Part shown: positions 11,206 to 24,522 of the stretch, piece by piece
How positions within the stretch are numbered: the first letter of the stretch is position 1
Layout of the letters: the number at the start of each line of letters is the position of its first letter
Origin: Cyanidioschyzon merolae
Lineage: Eukaryota
Reading direction: 5' to 3' (one strand)
Assembly: GCA_000091205.1 (NCBI GenBank)
Contig: AP006502.2
Length of the DNA stretch: 64,000 bases
Program-made: the position numbers and the translations under genes
Notes under the pieces: model-generated
Databases searched by the model: none
What the model was told of the DNA's origin: nothing
What the model saw: the letters and a program-made list of their open reading frames with translations, nothing else

Positions 11206-13113
11206 CTATCCAATGCGGGCAAAGAGCTTGAATATATCACCAGTAACAAAATTATTGTCGACGACGTTCACCAACCAGAATGTCTCTCGGATGTGTTCTA
11301 TCAGTGCATACGCGCGACGCTCCTCCGGCGTTCCGTTTTCGGGATCGTAGATCGAGGACCAGTTCTGTTTCCATAGGGCAAACGCCTCTTTGCTCCATAC
11401 TTTGAAACTTTCTGGGCAGACAACAGTCGGTTGGATGACTTCACGATCGGGGAAAATACCCCAAGTGACTGCGTTTGTGCGCGGCTTCCTGACGTTCGTG
11501 CGCAGGTCGCCACGACTATTGATCGCATAGATCGATAGCGACCCGAACTCGGGCGTGTTTCCGCGGACTGCGTCGAGGAGCTGTATCATCCGCTCCTCAG
11601 AACAGAAAAATTCAACGTACGCTTTCTGGTAAACGTAGCCGCCAGCGCCGCCCCAGCCGACCGTGACATCCGTAGATGGTGCACCATTCACCCTGGGCTG
11701 CGAATTAATGGTCAGAAATCCTTGCCAGTTCATCCGCTCGAGCGCAGCTGCGATCAAATTCGTCTCATTGGCAAGCGGCTCGGAAGCCCAGGGGAACGGC
11801 GCTTTCGTCTCACCACGTAAAAACTTGACAAAGACCGCGGAGACGTCGTGGAGATTCTGCGGCGTGCCGAGGGCCTCGCGCATGCGCTCAAGTTGGTCGG
11901 CCGTGTAGAGACCTCCACCACCCAACAGATGATGCTCTCTGAGCTCACCATACGCCGGAGAGCGAGAATCGCCCCAGCGACCATTCGGGAAATCATCCCA
12001 GGTCTCGGTGCGAAGGAGGTAACTCGCAGGTCGATTGGCCCAGAATATTGGACGCACATCTTCGGAGCGGCGTCCGTCAATCGTGGCAGGTCGCCAGGGC
12101 AACGCGCGCACTGACTCGAACTTGGGCACCAAGCCGAGGTTTTCTAATATGGAAACCGTGGCTTTTTCCAGGTTGAGCGTGTAAAAGTGGAGGCCTAGTG
12201 AGAGTTTCGAATTCAGAATACGTCGACACATTTCAGTGCCGTATTCGATACCAAAGTTCTTGACCGCCTCCTCGTCGTCTTTGAGGCGCTCGACGGTCTC
12301 GGCGACCGCTTCGGGGACGTGCGTTCGACAGAATCCAGTCATGCGCTTGAAACCCGAATAAGACTGGATTGGCAAGATACCCGGAAGTATAGGCACTTGG
12401 ATACCGATACTGCGGCAGTCCCGGACAAAGCGCAGAAACTGATCAACATCGTAGAACATCTGCGTGATGATGAGGTCCCCACCGGCATCAACTTTTTCCT
12501 TGAGGTAGTTGAGTTCTTGTTCGTATGTCAGTTTGCCGTCAAGGAGCCCCGCTGGATGTCCTTCTGGGTAGCCAGCAACGATCAGACAAAAGTAGTCACC
12601 ATAGACTTTCCGAACGTGGCGCACGAGGTCGCTCGCATGCGCAAAGCCGTCTTTGCACTGCCGCCACTCCTGGCCAACCGGCGGATCACCGCGCAGACTC
12701 ACGATATTCCGGATACCTCGTTTCCGTGCCTCCTCAAGTGCTTTATCGACCATACCCTCTTCCATATTCGTACAGGTCAAATGCATGGCCACATCGAGTC
12801 CGAAAAACTTTTGGATGTTTCCACTCAGTTCCAGTGTCAGGTCGGAGGTGCTGCCCCCGGCACCCCAGGTGACATCAACGAAAAGCGGCTCTAAGCGCGA
12901 CAGGCGTGCGATCCGCTCATACAGTCCTAGAAGTCCTTGCTCGGTTTTTGGCGGAAAGAACTCAAAGCTATAAAACCGTTTACCTTCCTCCACACAGTGG
13001 GCAATCTTGTCCTTGATTTGGGGAAGCTCACGAACGGTCGGCTCACGGAACGCGGCCACACTGTTTCGACTTTCCGGCCGCTTGGGGCACTCCACCTCAA
13101 CGGTGCCGTTCAT
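11206..13113 (-). CDS. MTHFR: Methylenetetrahydrofolate reductase, eukaryotic two-domain type
   Basis: A 635-aa uninterrupted ORF with a verified ATG. The catalytic TIM-barrel region (FFPPKTEQG, VTWGAGGS, LRGDPP) is followed by a eukaryotic C-terminal regulatory domain. Confidence 0.9.
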   Translation of the reverse strand: MNGTVEVECPKRPESRNSVAAFREPTVRELPQIKDKIAHCVEEGKRFYSFEFFPPKTEQGLLGLYERIARLSRLEPLFVDVTWGAGGSTSDLTLELSGNIQKFFGLDVAMHLTCTNMEEGMVDKALEEARKRGIRNIVSLRGDPPVGQEWRQCKDGFAHASDLVRHVRKVYGDYFCLIVAGYPEGHPAGLLDGKLTYEQELNYLKEKVDAGGDLIITQMFYDVDQFLRFVRDCRSIGIQVPILPGILPIQSYSGFKRMTGFCRTHVPEAVAETVERLKDDEEAVKNFGIEYGTEMCRRILNSKLSLGLHFYTLNLEKATVSILENLGLVPKFESVRALPWRPATIDGRRSEDVRPIFWANRPASYLLRTETWDDFPNGRWGDSRSPAYGELREHHLLGGGGLYTADQLERMREALGTPQNLHDVSAVFVKFLRGETKAPFPWASEPLANETNLIAAALERMNWQGFLTINSQPRVNGAPSTDVTVGWGGAGGYVYQKAYVEFFCSEERMIQLLDAVRGNTPEFGSLSIYAINSRGDLRTNVRKPRTNAVTWGIFPDREVIQPTVVCPESFKVWSKEAFALWKQNWSSIYDPENGTPEERRAYALIEHIRETFWLVNVVDNNFVTGDIFKLFARIG

Positions 13114-16100
13114 TGGTTCAGCTCAGATGGACTGCGGTCTCGTCGCCACGATGACTGGCTGGTGCGAGGTTCGCGAAACGCACGCTCTCGTGTATGGATG
13201 CGTACTGGAAGTAGAGCGCCCCGGCAGACGAGCGAATCATCTATCATTCGACGCCGGAGCGCAGGCGCTCCGTTGCGATCGACAAGCGCCGCCGCCGTAC
13301 CCGTATTTGCGCCATGCGGTGTATTCTGTCGCGATTTCATGGCAGGTGAAGTGCAGCAATCTCTCGATGTCGATACATATGTAATGTAATCGGGATGTGG
13401 TACACGGATGCTGCTACTGCTGCCACATTAGTCGTGTGATGCAGGCTGGCGCTGCTGTACGCATCGATGCATTTCGTTACGGGAGATCGGTGCGCCTGTG
13501 TGCATCTTCCGAATGTGCTTCTTCTTTGGACAGCAGCTTCGTCTTGAGGATGACGGATCGATGACTTGACGTAGATATTTTCGGACGTACGTGGAACGAA
13601 CTGCAGTAGCGCCTGCGTTAGTGTCCGATTTTCCCGGTACCCGGTGGTGCTCGTTGCATTGAGGGAAATCAGCGGCACGCATGCATCTGGAGGATTCTTG
13701 CTCTTGCGTATTACTTTCCGGGAGATTTCCTGATAACGATAGGAATTGCAGCTGCATTGTGCGGGCTCTAGTGTTGCGATGGCACCGGTAGACAATGGAC
13801 GTGCTCTTGGGCGGGAACGGTCATCAGTTGAACACGTGCGAATGCATCGAACGTCCGACCTCGGGACGCTTTGCTATGGTGCCAGGCATCTTGGTATATG
13901 CACAGGCTCTGAACATTGAGTTTCTTGTGTTCATTGAAATCGAGACAGAGGCTTTTATGAGTATTGCATGCTTTTTACCTTGAAGACAGACAAACGCCAA
14001 CCGCACTTGCACTGCAGCTTACAAGGCTCATGGAGCCGTGCGAGCCTCGTTGACGCGATGCATTTGCCAGATTGGATCGGATGTTATTAACGTGCACTGC
14101 CGAGTCCCGACGCTCGCTCTGCGTTCAACAGAACCAAGGCCCTCTGACGATGGTACCGAGAGCATCGGTCGCATCCTGAGCCATGTCCCGGCCCGCCGAC
14201 GCATCTCGTTGCTTCCGCACAAGCAGCGGCACTCGTGCCTATCTGTTGGTAAACTCAATTCCGGGTAAGATGGGAAGGATCCACACACGAGACTCGAGCG
14301 TAGATGCTCACGTTGGGGTCGCTTCGTACGGTTATCAATACAAATCTTTGCGCGCTGCTCTTCGATCGCTTCCACTTCATCAGTCCCACCTCTGCATTAA
14401 AGAACGCAGATGCTGCCTTTTGCTTCAAGCTCCGTCGTCAGCAGTCGAATGATACGGATTGTAGTTATAAAGTCCCGATTTCGCTGCTTTCGTCTGCATT
14501 CAATGCACTGCATGCAAAAATGGCATTTGCGATGTACGCATCGCTTGCCATTTTCATCTTTTTTGTACAAATCCCCAGTGTACGCTTTGCATTTGCGACG
14601 CCTGGTTGTGGGCTGATGGTCCGGTATAGCTACCGCCACACGTCCTCCTGCTCTTCGGGTCGTCGTGTGGAGTATCAACGCGTGCTTCATTCCGCTGTAC
14701 ATGCCGTTGGCGGGTACGGGAGCCCCCGTCCAATGCCATCCCCAGTTTCACGCGCGATTCCGTACCCTACAATCACGCTCCTCTCATGGGCAATACCCGC
14801 GGTGCGTACGCTATCCGCTGCGCGCGGCAACGAACGTGCTTCTATTCGCAAATAGAATTGTGGAACGCAGTATTATATACTATAAAGCAACTAACGACAG
14901 TAGCGTCCAGGCTGACGAGCAAGTCGGGAATTTTCAATCCTTGTGTGCTCCCATCGAACAAAGCGGTGACGCACTCCAGACTCGGAGCGATCGCATCGCT
15001 CATTGGTGTCGACGTCCGAGACCCTTTTCCATGTAAATAAAAGAAACGCGAGCCTCTGGGAGCTTATCCAGTGACATGTATCTTGTTGATCGCGAATGCC
15101 GTTTCATCGACGGCCACGAAGAAGCGAGGACTTGCCTTTCGAACGGAACCAATTTTATATATGACGGGTTCGCCAAACATTCCTCATCGGCTTGTGACCA
15201 AGTCGCCAAGAGATGACGTCCTGCTTTTTTTCATCGTCAATCGAGCGGCAGGAATACCTGCGCCTACACCTTGCCTTGGAACAGAGGGACGGAATCCGTG
15301 CAGCGTGAATCATTTGAGCATGCGACACCTACGGAAATGAGAAGCGTGAAGGTATATACGCACGGACCCAATACTGATATCGTTTATCTTACGAACTCTT
15401 GGTCCAGCGTGTCGCGAATCTCCCCGATGATGTTGATGTGACGAATCTCATTAGCAAGGAGTCGAAGGAGCCGCACCACCCCACGCCTCCGAAAGCACTA
15501 TCCAGAATCCTAAAACTACTTATGGATCCGTAACCCCTTATTATTGTTCACCGAAATGTCGACGGCGTGCCTCTGAAAGAGTTTGGCAAACAATCGCAAC
15601 GCAAGAACACGGCGAGTAGATCATCGCTTCATGATAAGCAGATTCAAAAGCAGTCGCTGCTGAAACGCGCGATTCGGTAGCGCAGCATGAATGTTCTGAG
15701 CTTGCGCGCTCAAAACAAGATTTCCATTACCTCATTGACACACTGAAAGACTCACAAAGCCGTGCAACCTCTACGATACCTGTCGATCACATTCCGATGC
15801 ACCTGCTCTCTAAAAAAGGCTTCCGCGCTCACCCAGGCACGCCAACTCGCTACGTCTCTACCACGATGGTACCCCACGACAGCTACCAAGGCTGCAAACC
15901 GCTTGCATAGAAACACAAAGTTACCTCAAGCCGCTCCCATGGTGCTTTCGGAGCTGCACACCGAAGCCAGGTCGAGCGGATCGACCCGCTGCCGCACCGA
16001 GGTGTCGTCAAGTGCCTCGCGCCCCTGCCCAGGACGCTGCACACGCGATCCTTTGCCACAAACGCCCAGTCGCGCTGCGCCAGCACGGCAACGTTCATTG

Positions 16101-16155
16101 CGAATTCGTACCACGACGTATCGCCGCGTAACAGCACGAGAAGTTTGCGTTCATC

Positions 16156-17199
16156 ATGGAAAGTCTGGCTCGTTTGACACCTTTATATCCAGATCGCGCT
16201 CTAATTGTTGCAGTGACGGGCGCTGCTGGTCAAATCGCGTACTCGCTTCTTCCGCTTCTCGCGTCGGGTACGGTGTTCGGGCCTCAGCAGCGGATCAAGC
16301 TCCAACTGCTCGACGTGCCCGCAGCAGAGAGCGTTTTAAAAGGCGTCTGTTGTGAGCTTGAGGATGGCGCGTATCCGCTTCTTGATCATCCGGTGCTGTA
16401 CACGTCCGTTGCTGATGAGGCTTTTGCCGGTGCAGACATTGTTGTGCTGCTTGGATCGTTTCCTCGCAAGCCCGGTATGGAGCGGAAAGACTTGTTGGCG
16501 AAAAACGGTACCATCTTTCGTGATCAGGGGCAAGCTCTGAATCGCGTCGCTAAAGCGGACGCGCACGTGATTGTTGTGGGCAATCCCGCCAACACGAATG
16601 CCTGGACGCTTTCGCAGTTTTGCACGAAAATCCCGAAGGAGCACATCACCGCGCTCGCCCGGCTTGATCACAACCGCTTAAAGTCACTGGTCGCGAGGAA
16701 ACTCGACTCTGCGGTATCGGACGTCCACAATGTGATTATTTGGGGCAACCACTCAGCGACGCAATACCCGGACGTGACCTATGCCTATACCCCGCAGATT
16801 GTACAAGGAAAGATGCGGGCGGCACTCGGAGGCGATTCGCAGCTCGCTTCGGAAGTGATTCCTTTGATTCAAAAGCGTGGTGCTGAGGTACTTGCGCTTC
16901 GCAAGCTGAGCAGTGCCATGTCGGCGGCGAAGGCCATCGGCGACCATCTGCGCGACTGGATGTTTGGCACCCAAACGGAAAACGAGATCGTCAGTATGAT
17001 TGTGCCTTCGGATGGGAGCTATGGTATCGACAAAGGTCTGATGTTCGCGTTCCCGGTCCAGTGTCATCGTGGTGGCAAATATAGAATAGTTTCGGATCTT
17101 CGTATCGACGATTTCAGCCGCAAATACATTGAGACAACGCTTGCTGAGCTGCGCAGTGAACGCGAAGAGGCCATGCGCCTGGTCTCTAAGATGTGTTGA
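16156..17199 (+). CDS. MDH1: Malate dehydrogenase, cytosolic (LDH/MDH superfamily, MDH1-type)
   Basis: A 347-aa ORF with a verified ATG. It has the NAD-binding motif VAVTGAAGQIAYSLL and the catalytic IWGNHS motif, and its overall length is typical of cytosolic MDH. Confidence 0.9.
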   Translation: MESLARLTPLYPDRALIVAVTGAAGQIAYSLLPLLASGTVFGPQQRIKLQLLDVPAAESVLKGVCCELEDGAYPLLDHPVLYTSVADEAFAGADIVVLLGSFPRKPGMERKDLLAKNGTIFRDQGQALNRVAKADAHVIVVGNPANTNAWTLSQFCTKIPKEHITALARLDHNRLKSLVARKLDSAVSDVHNVIIWGNHSATQYPDVTYAYTPQIVQGKMRAALGGDSQLASEVIPLIQKRGAEVLALRKLSSAMSAAKAIGDHLRDWMFGTQTENEIVSMIVPSDGSYGIDKGLMFAFPVQCHRGGKYRIVSDLRIDDFSRKYIETTLAELRSEREEAMRLVSKMC

Positions 17200-17900
17200 A
17201 TGGTGTCTGCCTCGCCTTGGTGTATTCAACATCGCGCCATGTGTTCTTCCTTGCAAGCGATGTCACGGACTGTAAACCACGGCTCAACGGAAAACGTATG
17301 ACGGCCCACAGACGGTTCGCGGATGTGTGTATACCTTGAGTGTCTGAACCGCCGTGCATTCACGACAAAAGTTGTGTGAAATTCGCTGCACCGTGTCATT
17401 TGCAAGCGCGTGGCTCTTAGTCGGCGGCTTTGCGCTCTTGCACAAAGGACGCAACGCCGACGCCCATGCCGGACGCCGCATGGACAGTCAACCGCTAATC
17501 GCCCAGGCTGCTGCGGGCATTTCAGACCGGACCCCGAAGCGTCCGGTTTGTACTCATGCTCGTATTGCCGCATGCATGTCTGTCATAGCACAGGACGCCG
17601 AAATGAGGTTCTATGTGATGTTCAGATGAACGCATCTGTTTCTGCAAGTTGCCTGGGAAGTGAGTGACGCTCTGGCGATCGCGACGATGGTTTACATCTG
17701 GATGGCGCTGGATGAGATCAGCGGGCGACGGCAAACCGATGAGGACGATGTCCTCTATTCTAGGTATCCGATGGAGCTTGATCAATCGCCGCAGCGCTCG
17801 AAAGGCGTGTACAGGAACACGCTTAATAGGCTCGTGCGCCACAGACACCATCCACGAGAGGTGCGCAGGCCAGTTTTCCTGGAAAGGCCGAACGAAATGG

Positions 17901-17944
<44 letters not shown>
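17901..17944. repeat. (CTG)n microsatellite of ~15 units, followed by a short (ATG)n run
   Basis: A direct read of ctgctgctg...; it generates a polyQ track in one reading direction and a polyL track in the other within the ORF track. Confidence 0.9.
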
Positions 17945-17953
<9 letters not shown>

Positions 17954-18572
17954 ATCATCTATGGTGCGCATGCTCGCCAGGTGTCGTGTGTTATCTGGGG
18001 CTTCGTCGCTCTCGATTGCCCTTTGCCGGCTCAAGTAGCCAAGAATTCCTTGTGGAACGACATGCTTCCATGAGATATCCGCGTTTTGCGCTAGCCGCGC
18101 TGCTGTTCTTGTGCTACCGATGCCTCTACATTAGACACTGACCCCAGTGCAATCATACTGGTGGAGTCGGCGCCTCTTGTAGATTCGCCGGTGATGATGC
18201 GCCTTGATTACTTCCGGGCTCGGCATTCTTTGAGGTCGCCGCATGCTGCGAAGTGCTGCAATCATGCGGTCATTTTTCGAGTACTTGGACGAGCACATGT
18301 CTTGCGCCAGAGAGATCCGCTCGACCCGGTACCGATATTCTTGTAAACTTACCATCGTTTGATGCAGCTCCGCACTGTCACCTCAGACTACATAAGCGAT
18401 CGAGGGCGCGGCATCCGACCGAAAAGTCTATGCCAAACGGCGGCATGCTCTTCTTCGCCTCTGGTATCCGCGGCATGACCGTTATCGTGTCTGAGTCGCT
18501 TCGAGCGCACATACGACACAGCTTGCTCGCGAGCGTTTCCAATTCAAACCAAGGCTTTCGACTCGGCTCAGA

Positions 18573-18971
18573 CTAGCTGTCTGTGTCGTACTCGCGACCG
18601 GTCTTGTGCCGGCGCCGCACGGCGTCTCGCCGCTGTTGCTTAAACTCCTTCATCAGCTGCGGCCGCTGCTCCTCCCACTGCTGACGGCGAACGGTCTCCC
18701 CTTCAGTGAGGTAAAACGTCGACCCTAGACCGGCGTTCTCCGCTGGAACCCGCGAAACACTGCTGGCAGCGGTGGGGCGCTCCACATCGGATCTGCGCAC
18801 AACTTTTGGCACGCGTTGCAGCGGAAGTTGCTGCCTGGGTTTGCGACGACTGTGCTCTTGAGCTACTGCTTTTGGTTGTTGAGGCGCGCCCGAAAACCAG
18901 GCGCCAGACGGCGGCTCTAAAACACTGCACCCCACGACAGGCTTTGCGTCTTCCAAACCCGAATCGAACAT
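18573..18971 (-). CDS. Hypothetical small basic, charged protein (132 aa)
   Basis: An ATG-initiated ORF with an R/K/E/Q-rich C-terminus (RRQQWEEQRPQLMKEFKQQRRDAVRRRHK). I recognise no family, so this could be spurious. Confidence 0.25.
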   Translation of the reverse strand: MFDSGLEDAKPVVGCSVLEPPSGAWFSGAPQQPKAVAQEHSRRKPRQQLPLQRVPKVVRRSDVERPTAASSVSRVPAENAGLGSTFYLTEGETVRRQQWEEQRPQLMKEFKQQRRDAVRRRHKTGREYDTDS

Positions 18972-19711
18972 ATTTTCCTCTACAGGTTCTTTGTCGAGTT
19001 AAGTTCAAATCGGGTGTTCTTCGCGACTGCCGGTCTGCATTCAGTAGAAACGAGTGCAGCTCGCAGACCACTGCTCTCGAGACGCTGAACGCCAAAAAAA
19101 TCGCTTCTCCGCTAGTGTCGTGAATCGCAGCCCAATATGACACCGACGCACGCACTCTATCTATAATGCACGCTAGTACGCGCTCTAGTATGTAGTCTAG
19201 TATGTAACCTATTAGGCAATCTCTAGTTTACGCCTTGGTATGCACTCTAGTACGCACACACTCGAGCGTATACCCGAGAGCACACGTTGCACGGCTCGCG
19301 CATCGATGGAAGCAGCGCCGAAACGCGTATCCATACGATTGTTCAAACACAGGTTCTCTAGCTTGTACACTTACACAGCGCGTGCCACGGGGTCATACGG
19401 GAACGCGTTGAGCTGCGAGAGAGCTCAAATGCCTGCCGCGGTACGCTCTGCCGCTCCTGTTGTATACCACGCCAGAGCGCAGCGTATCGACCGTTCTGCA
19501 TCTGCTTCTGGGCATTGCGAACCGCTCACTGCTCCAATACGTTCTGTGAAAGATCCCAGCACATGACCTGGTATCCCTGAAAGTCATCGATAGGAGCAAA
19601 TACCTGCCCGAGCTCCATAGGCGTTTCCGTGCGGCCGCCACCTGGCTTTGCGTATTTGGCCGCGGGCCTGTCTGTAGCGGAGCCTGGTGCAACCCGCTTC
19701 GATAGCACTGA

Positions 19712-21037
<1,326 letters not shown>

Positions 21038-21799
21038 GCCCTGCGCCTCGACAGCGTCCACTTTCTGCCATAGCTACACCTATGTCCTAGAAATACATCG
21101 ATCAAGGACGCGCGTCGTGTGGTATTCCTCAGTGCCGCAACCACGGAATCCCGCAGTGCAAGTCCCGTTATCGCTAACGAGATGAAGCGTCGCATCGTAC
21201 CGCGAAGGAGCATCTGACGCTCGATGCGCTGTATCGCGCTCGCGAATATAGCTGTCGCTCATTGCGATAGCTGTCTGTGAGACCATTACGGGCTCAAGTC
21301 GAAGCGTAAAAAGAAGCCAGTGCCCTCAATCTACATCGCTTTCAGGACCTACTATGACTCTGCTGCCTCGCCACAAACGAGCAAACGCTGCAGCGAGCGT
21401 CCATCGGTCCGTACTGCTCAGATGCACGCGCACAAACAGCGACATGGTTCGCTATCCCAGTCTATATATATGTCAGATCTGAAGGTGGTGTCCCCGATGG
21501 TTCAAGTGACGTTCAGGTTCGTGATTCTCTCCACTTATCGATCGATAAAATGCAGCGGGATCGCTGGCGCGCGTACCGGCACCCGTGTCGGAAACAGTGT
21601 CGAGAATTTTATCGATCTCCTCGCAGCATTGGATTCTTCCAACAAATTAATCTGTTTACAAATCCCATATTTGATCGTAGTTGCAACGAAATCGACAAAG
21701 TTGTTCGCACCTGTTCCACCAGCGCTAAAGCGACGCGACACAGCAACGCGGAAATCATCAGTGGAGCGAACAATGCCTCGCACCCATGGGCGGCAAATA

Positions 21800-22130
21800 C
21801 AGACACTCACGCGCAGACGCTTCCCAGACTTTTTAGACCGGCAGTCCGGTATCGGCGGCAGCTCTTGCGTCTACAAGTTGAGCATCAGAGGCTGCACTAC
21901 AAAGTCGGATCGCGCCTGCTCCTCGGGTCTCGTCCTCAGCACCGCACATCGTATGATATTGGTGGCGGCGTTCAAGTCTCGGTTCACGAACTCCATGTCT
22001 GCATCGACGCTGGTTGAACGCACCATGGCGAGGAATCGTCGAACTCGTGCCCTCTGTGCCAATTGGTGCACTGTCAGCTCTGCATGCTTTTCTATCGCCG
22101 AAGCGCTGCGCGGCTTTCGCTGCATGTCGT
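21800..22130 (-). pseudogene. TnpB/Fanzor-like nuclease remnant, copy 2 (C-terminal RuvC-III region; upstream part decayed)
   Basis: The ORF 21871..22125(-) contains VDADMEFVNRDLNAATNIIRCAVLRTRPEEQARSDFVVQPLMLNL, which aligns to the copy-1 tail NRDCNAAINIRRCAVMEERPPALTRENFMGQPLKAEL. About 300 nt here are ~75% identical to 59320-59600. Confidence 0.45.
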
Positions 22131-24522
22131 CCTTCTGAAACGTACACCCCAGGTCATCGCTTAATTTTTAAAATGCGCGCACCTGCTTATGCCCTTAGGT
22201 GAGGAGCCTCCCACTGGGAGAAGGACCTGTGGAAGAGAGACGACAAACGCCCTGGTGTCACTGGACGGTGCGCTTCAGTGATTTACCCAGTCGAGCGATC
22301 ATTGCGTTTCATGAGAGAAAACACACTTCTTCGATGGCGACGGACCACGTAGCACGCGGCGCAATGAAAAGCAGCTCTACGCTGACGGAATCCGCATATG
22401 CTCGAACGCAAGGGGAATGGTGAAATCCTATGTTGTGTAATAGAAAAACGTCGCCAGACGTCAGGGAAAAGTCTTCAATGATTCGACAAATTGGATGGTA
22501 CTGTTCGACGAGCCTTCTCCACGAGAGAATTGAAGCTGCCAAATGAATCCACTGGAGCTCCAACAGATGATGATGTGGGCGTTCTCCTCGAGTTCGATCG
22601 AACGGACGACGGATTCGTTTCATTTCGAATACCCGTGCGCGCTCCGAGAGTTTCGTCCCAAGCAAGTCACATTGATTGAAAACAACAAACAGATGATCCG
22701 GTGGTTTCTATAGATCGCAACGCTCCAGGAACTCTTTGCGCGCTTTTTCGGTGCAAGATGGTCGTGCGTGAACTAGGTGTTTATGTTTGTGACTCTCTCC
22801 TGGTGTTCTCAGGATCACACGAGCAAGCTGTTGTGAAGCAGAGACGCTTGTGTTGGATACTGTCCTCGCTTTTGCGCCACATAAAATGACCAACTGGTCG
22901 TTTTCCTACGATTGACAGCAAGTGCGCTTGAAGAATATCGGCTTTTGGCACGGAGCGCATATCCTTTTTCCTTTCAGTGTCCTGCAATGATCTGAGCAAT
23001 GTGTTATGACTGACCCGACGGGCGAATACAGTGCTCTTTGCGCTATTCATTAAAGAATCTATCCTATAGACAATTCGTCTACGATCTATACGGTATATGG
23101 CCCCGGCAAGTCGATCTCCTTCCATACACTGCAGCATGACGTACAACAGCATCGATTTGAAAGACGATACCGCTACCCAGCGCGTGAGATCATGAACCCG
23201 CCCAGAGCCTGTCCACGGCATCGCACGCTCGACGACGCTAGGCAGCGTTCGGGGAGTTGAGGCGGTGGCTTCGGTCAGCTCTACTTGCTCCCTTTTCGCC
23301 GTTCGTCGGTAAACGAGCGGGGAAGCAGCGCGTATTCGCCACTAGTCCCGCAGGGATCAACAGCAGAACGCCCTATCCGCGCGTCCTCGCTTGCTGCTGT
23401 GATCGACTGGAGCGGGCATAGGTGCCAGAGCCGTTGACGCGCAGTTCAGCGTTCGGTGTGCTTGTGGGATAACAGAGACGTCGTTGGCGCACTCGAGCCG
23501 ACCATGTCCGTGCCTGCAGCACCCAGAGGCCCAGCGATTAGTGATGATATTGAAATCGTCGCACATCCTTGTAATGAACGCATTGACGATTTAATAAATG
23601 TTCTATTCGATGACCCGCGGAGTCTGGGAGAGCCCTGGCGGGCACTGCGCTCGTGTCTGCGGAGGTACGGACTATTCCCGAGGCGAGAGCTCTGGAAACC
23701 CCAGCCTCATAAGCTTCGAGAAAAGCGGTATTCCGGTGAGCCAGATCCGGTGGACGCAGGCATCGGTGATACGTCACACGGCGCCGGACCTGAAACCCAC
23801 GAATAAGCGCGTTGGCCATCGGGGCGGCTCGCCTCTGACACAGGAGCGCGACAATGCGAGCATCATTTCCATGCGACAAACTCGCCCGCAACGTCCTCAG
23901 CATGATCTTGCATGCGAAACCTGTTGTTTCTCCTCAGCTTGTATGACTGATCGAGAAGGTTGCTTCCGAACCTGCCGCGGCGCAGAAAGCGTACGATGCG
24001 CTGCCAATTTCGAGCACCGACTTTGAGATGAGCTCGGGAGCGTCCGACCAGAGCATCTCATGGAGCCTTGAACGTGCTCGATGATCTCGTGCATGGGCCT
24101 TATCCATCACATCGGCAGGTGTGGCTGTTTCATGTACTGTTGCGTTGCGCGGCATCGCTGGACATCTTCATGCGCCGTAGACGCTCTTCCCGATGACGAC
24201 CATCAGGGTAACAGCATTACACTGGCGCCGGCAAGTGGGTGGCCAGGCCTCGAACACCCCAAAATGGAAACAATCATGTGTGGGCTCCGATGGGGACTTG
24301 GCGTCGCCAAGCGGCGTTCACAGGAACCCCGCCGATGCTCCCCCTGAAAAATGGTCCCTCATACCGCACAGACCAGGATGGCGTTATGGCGAACGCCAGC
24401 GCGCATGCGGGACGCTCGCGCCACTGCCACGTACTCGTTGTTGTGTAGTACCAGCGGTAGCGCTTCGAAGGTCGCATCACCAGGCCGAAACTGGTGACAC
24501 CCTATCCCGCAGCGCGGTATGA

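Noticed and set aside
15762-16355. 197-aa Arg/Ser-rich ORF on the plus strand running into the MDH start
   Set aside because: It has low-complexity, GC-driven composition. It overlaps the well-supported MDH CDS in another frame and has no recognisable motif. It is most likely a spurious ORF from GC-rich upstream sequence.
17522-18073. 170-aa polyQ ORF (minus) and 137-aa polyL ORF (plus) overlapping the CTG microsatellite
   Set aside because: Both are generated by the same (CTG)n/(CAG)n repeat and have no motifs on either side, so I cannot decide whether either is real. I annotate only the repeat.
21320-22138. 272-aa plus-strand ORF (and a 251-aa homologue at 59016..59771)
   Set aside because: Both lie antisense to the Fanzor-like remnants. 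They are conserved between copies only because the underlying DNA is paralogous, and they carry no protein motifs. I treat them as antisense artefacts.
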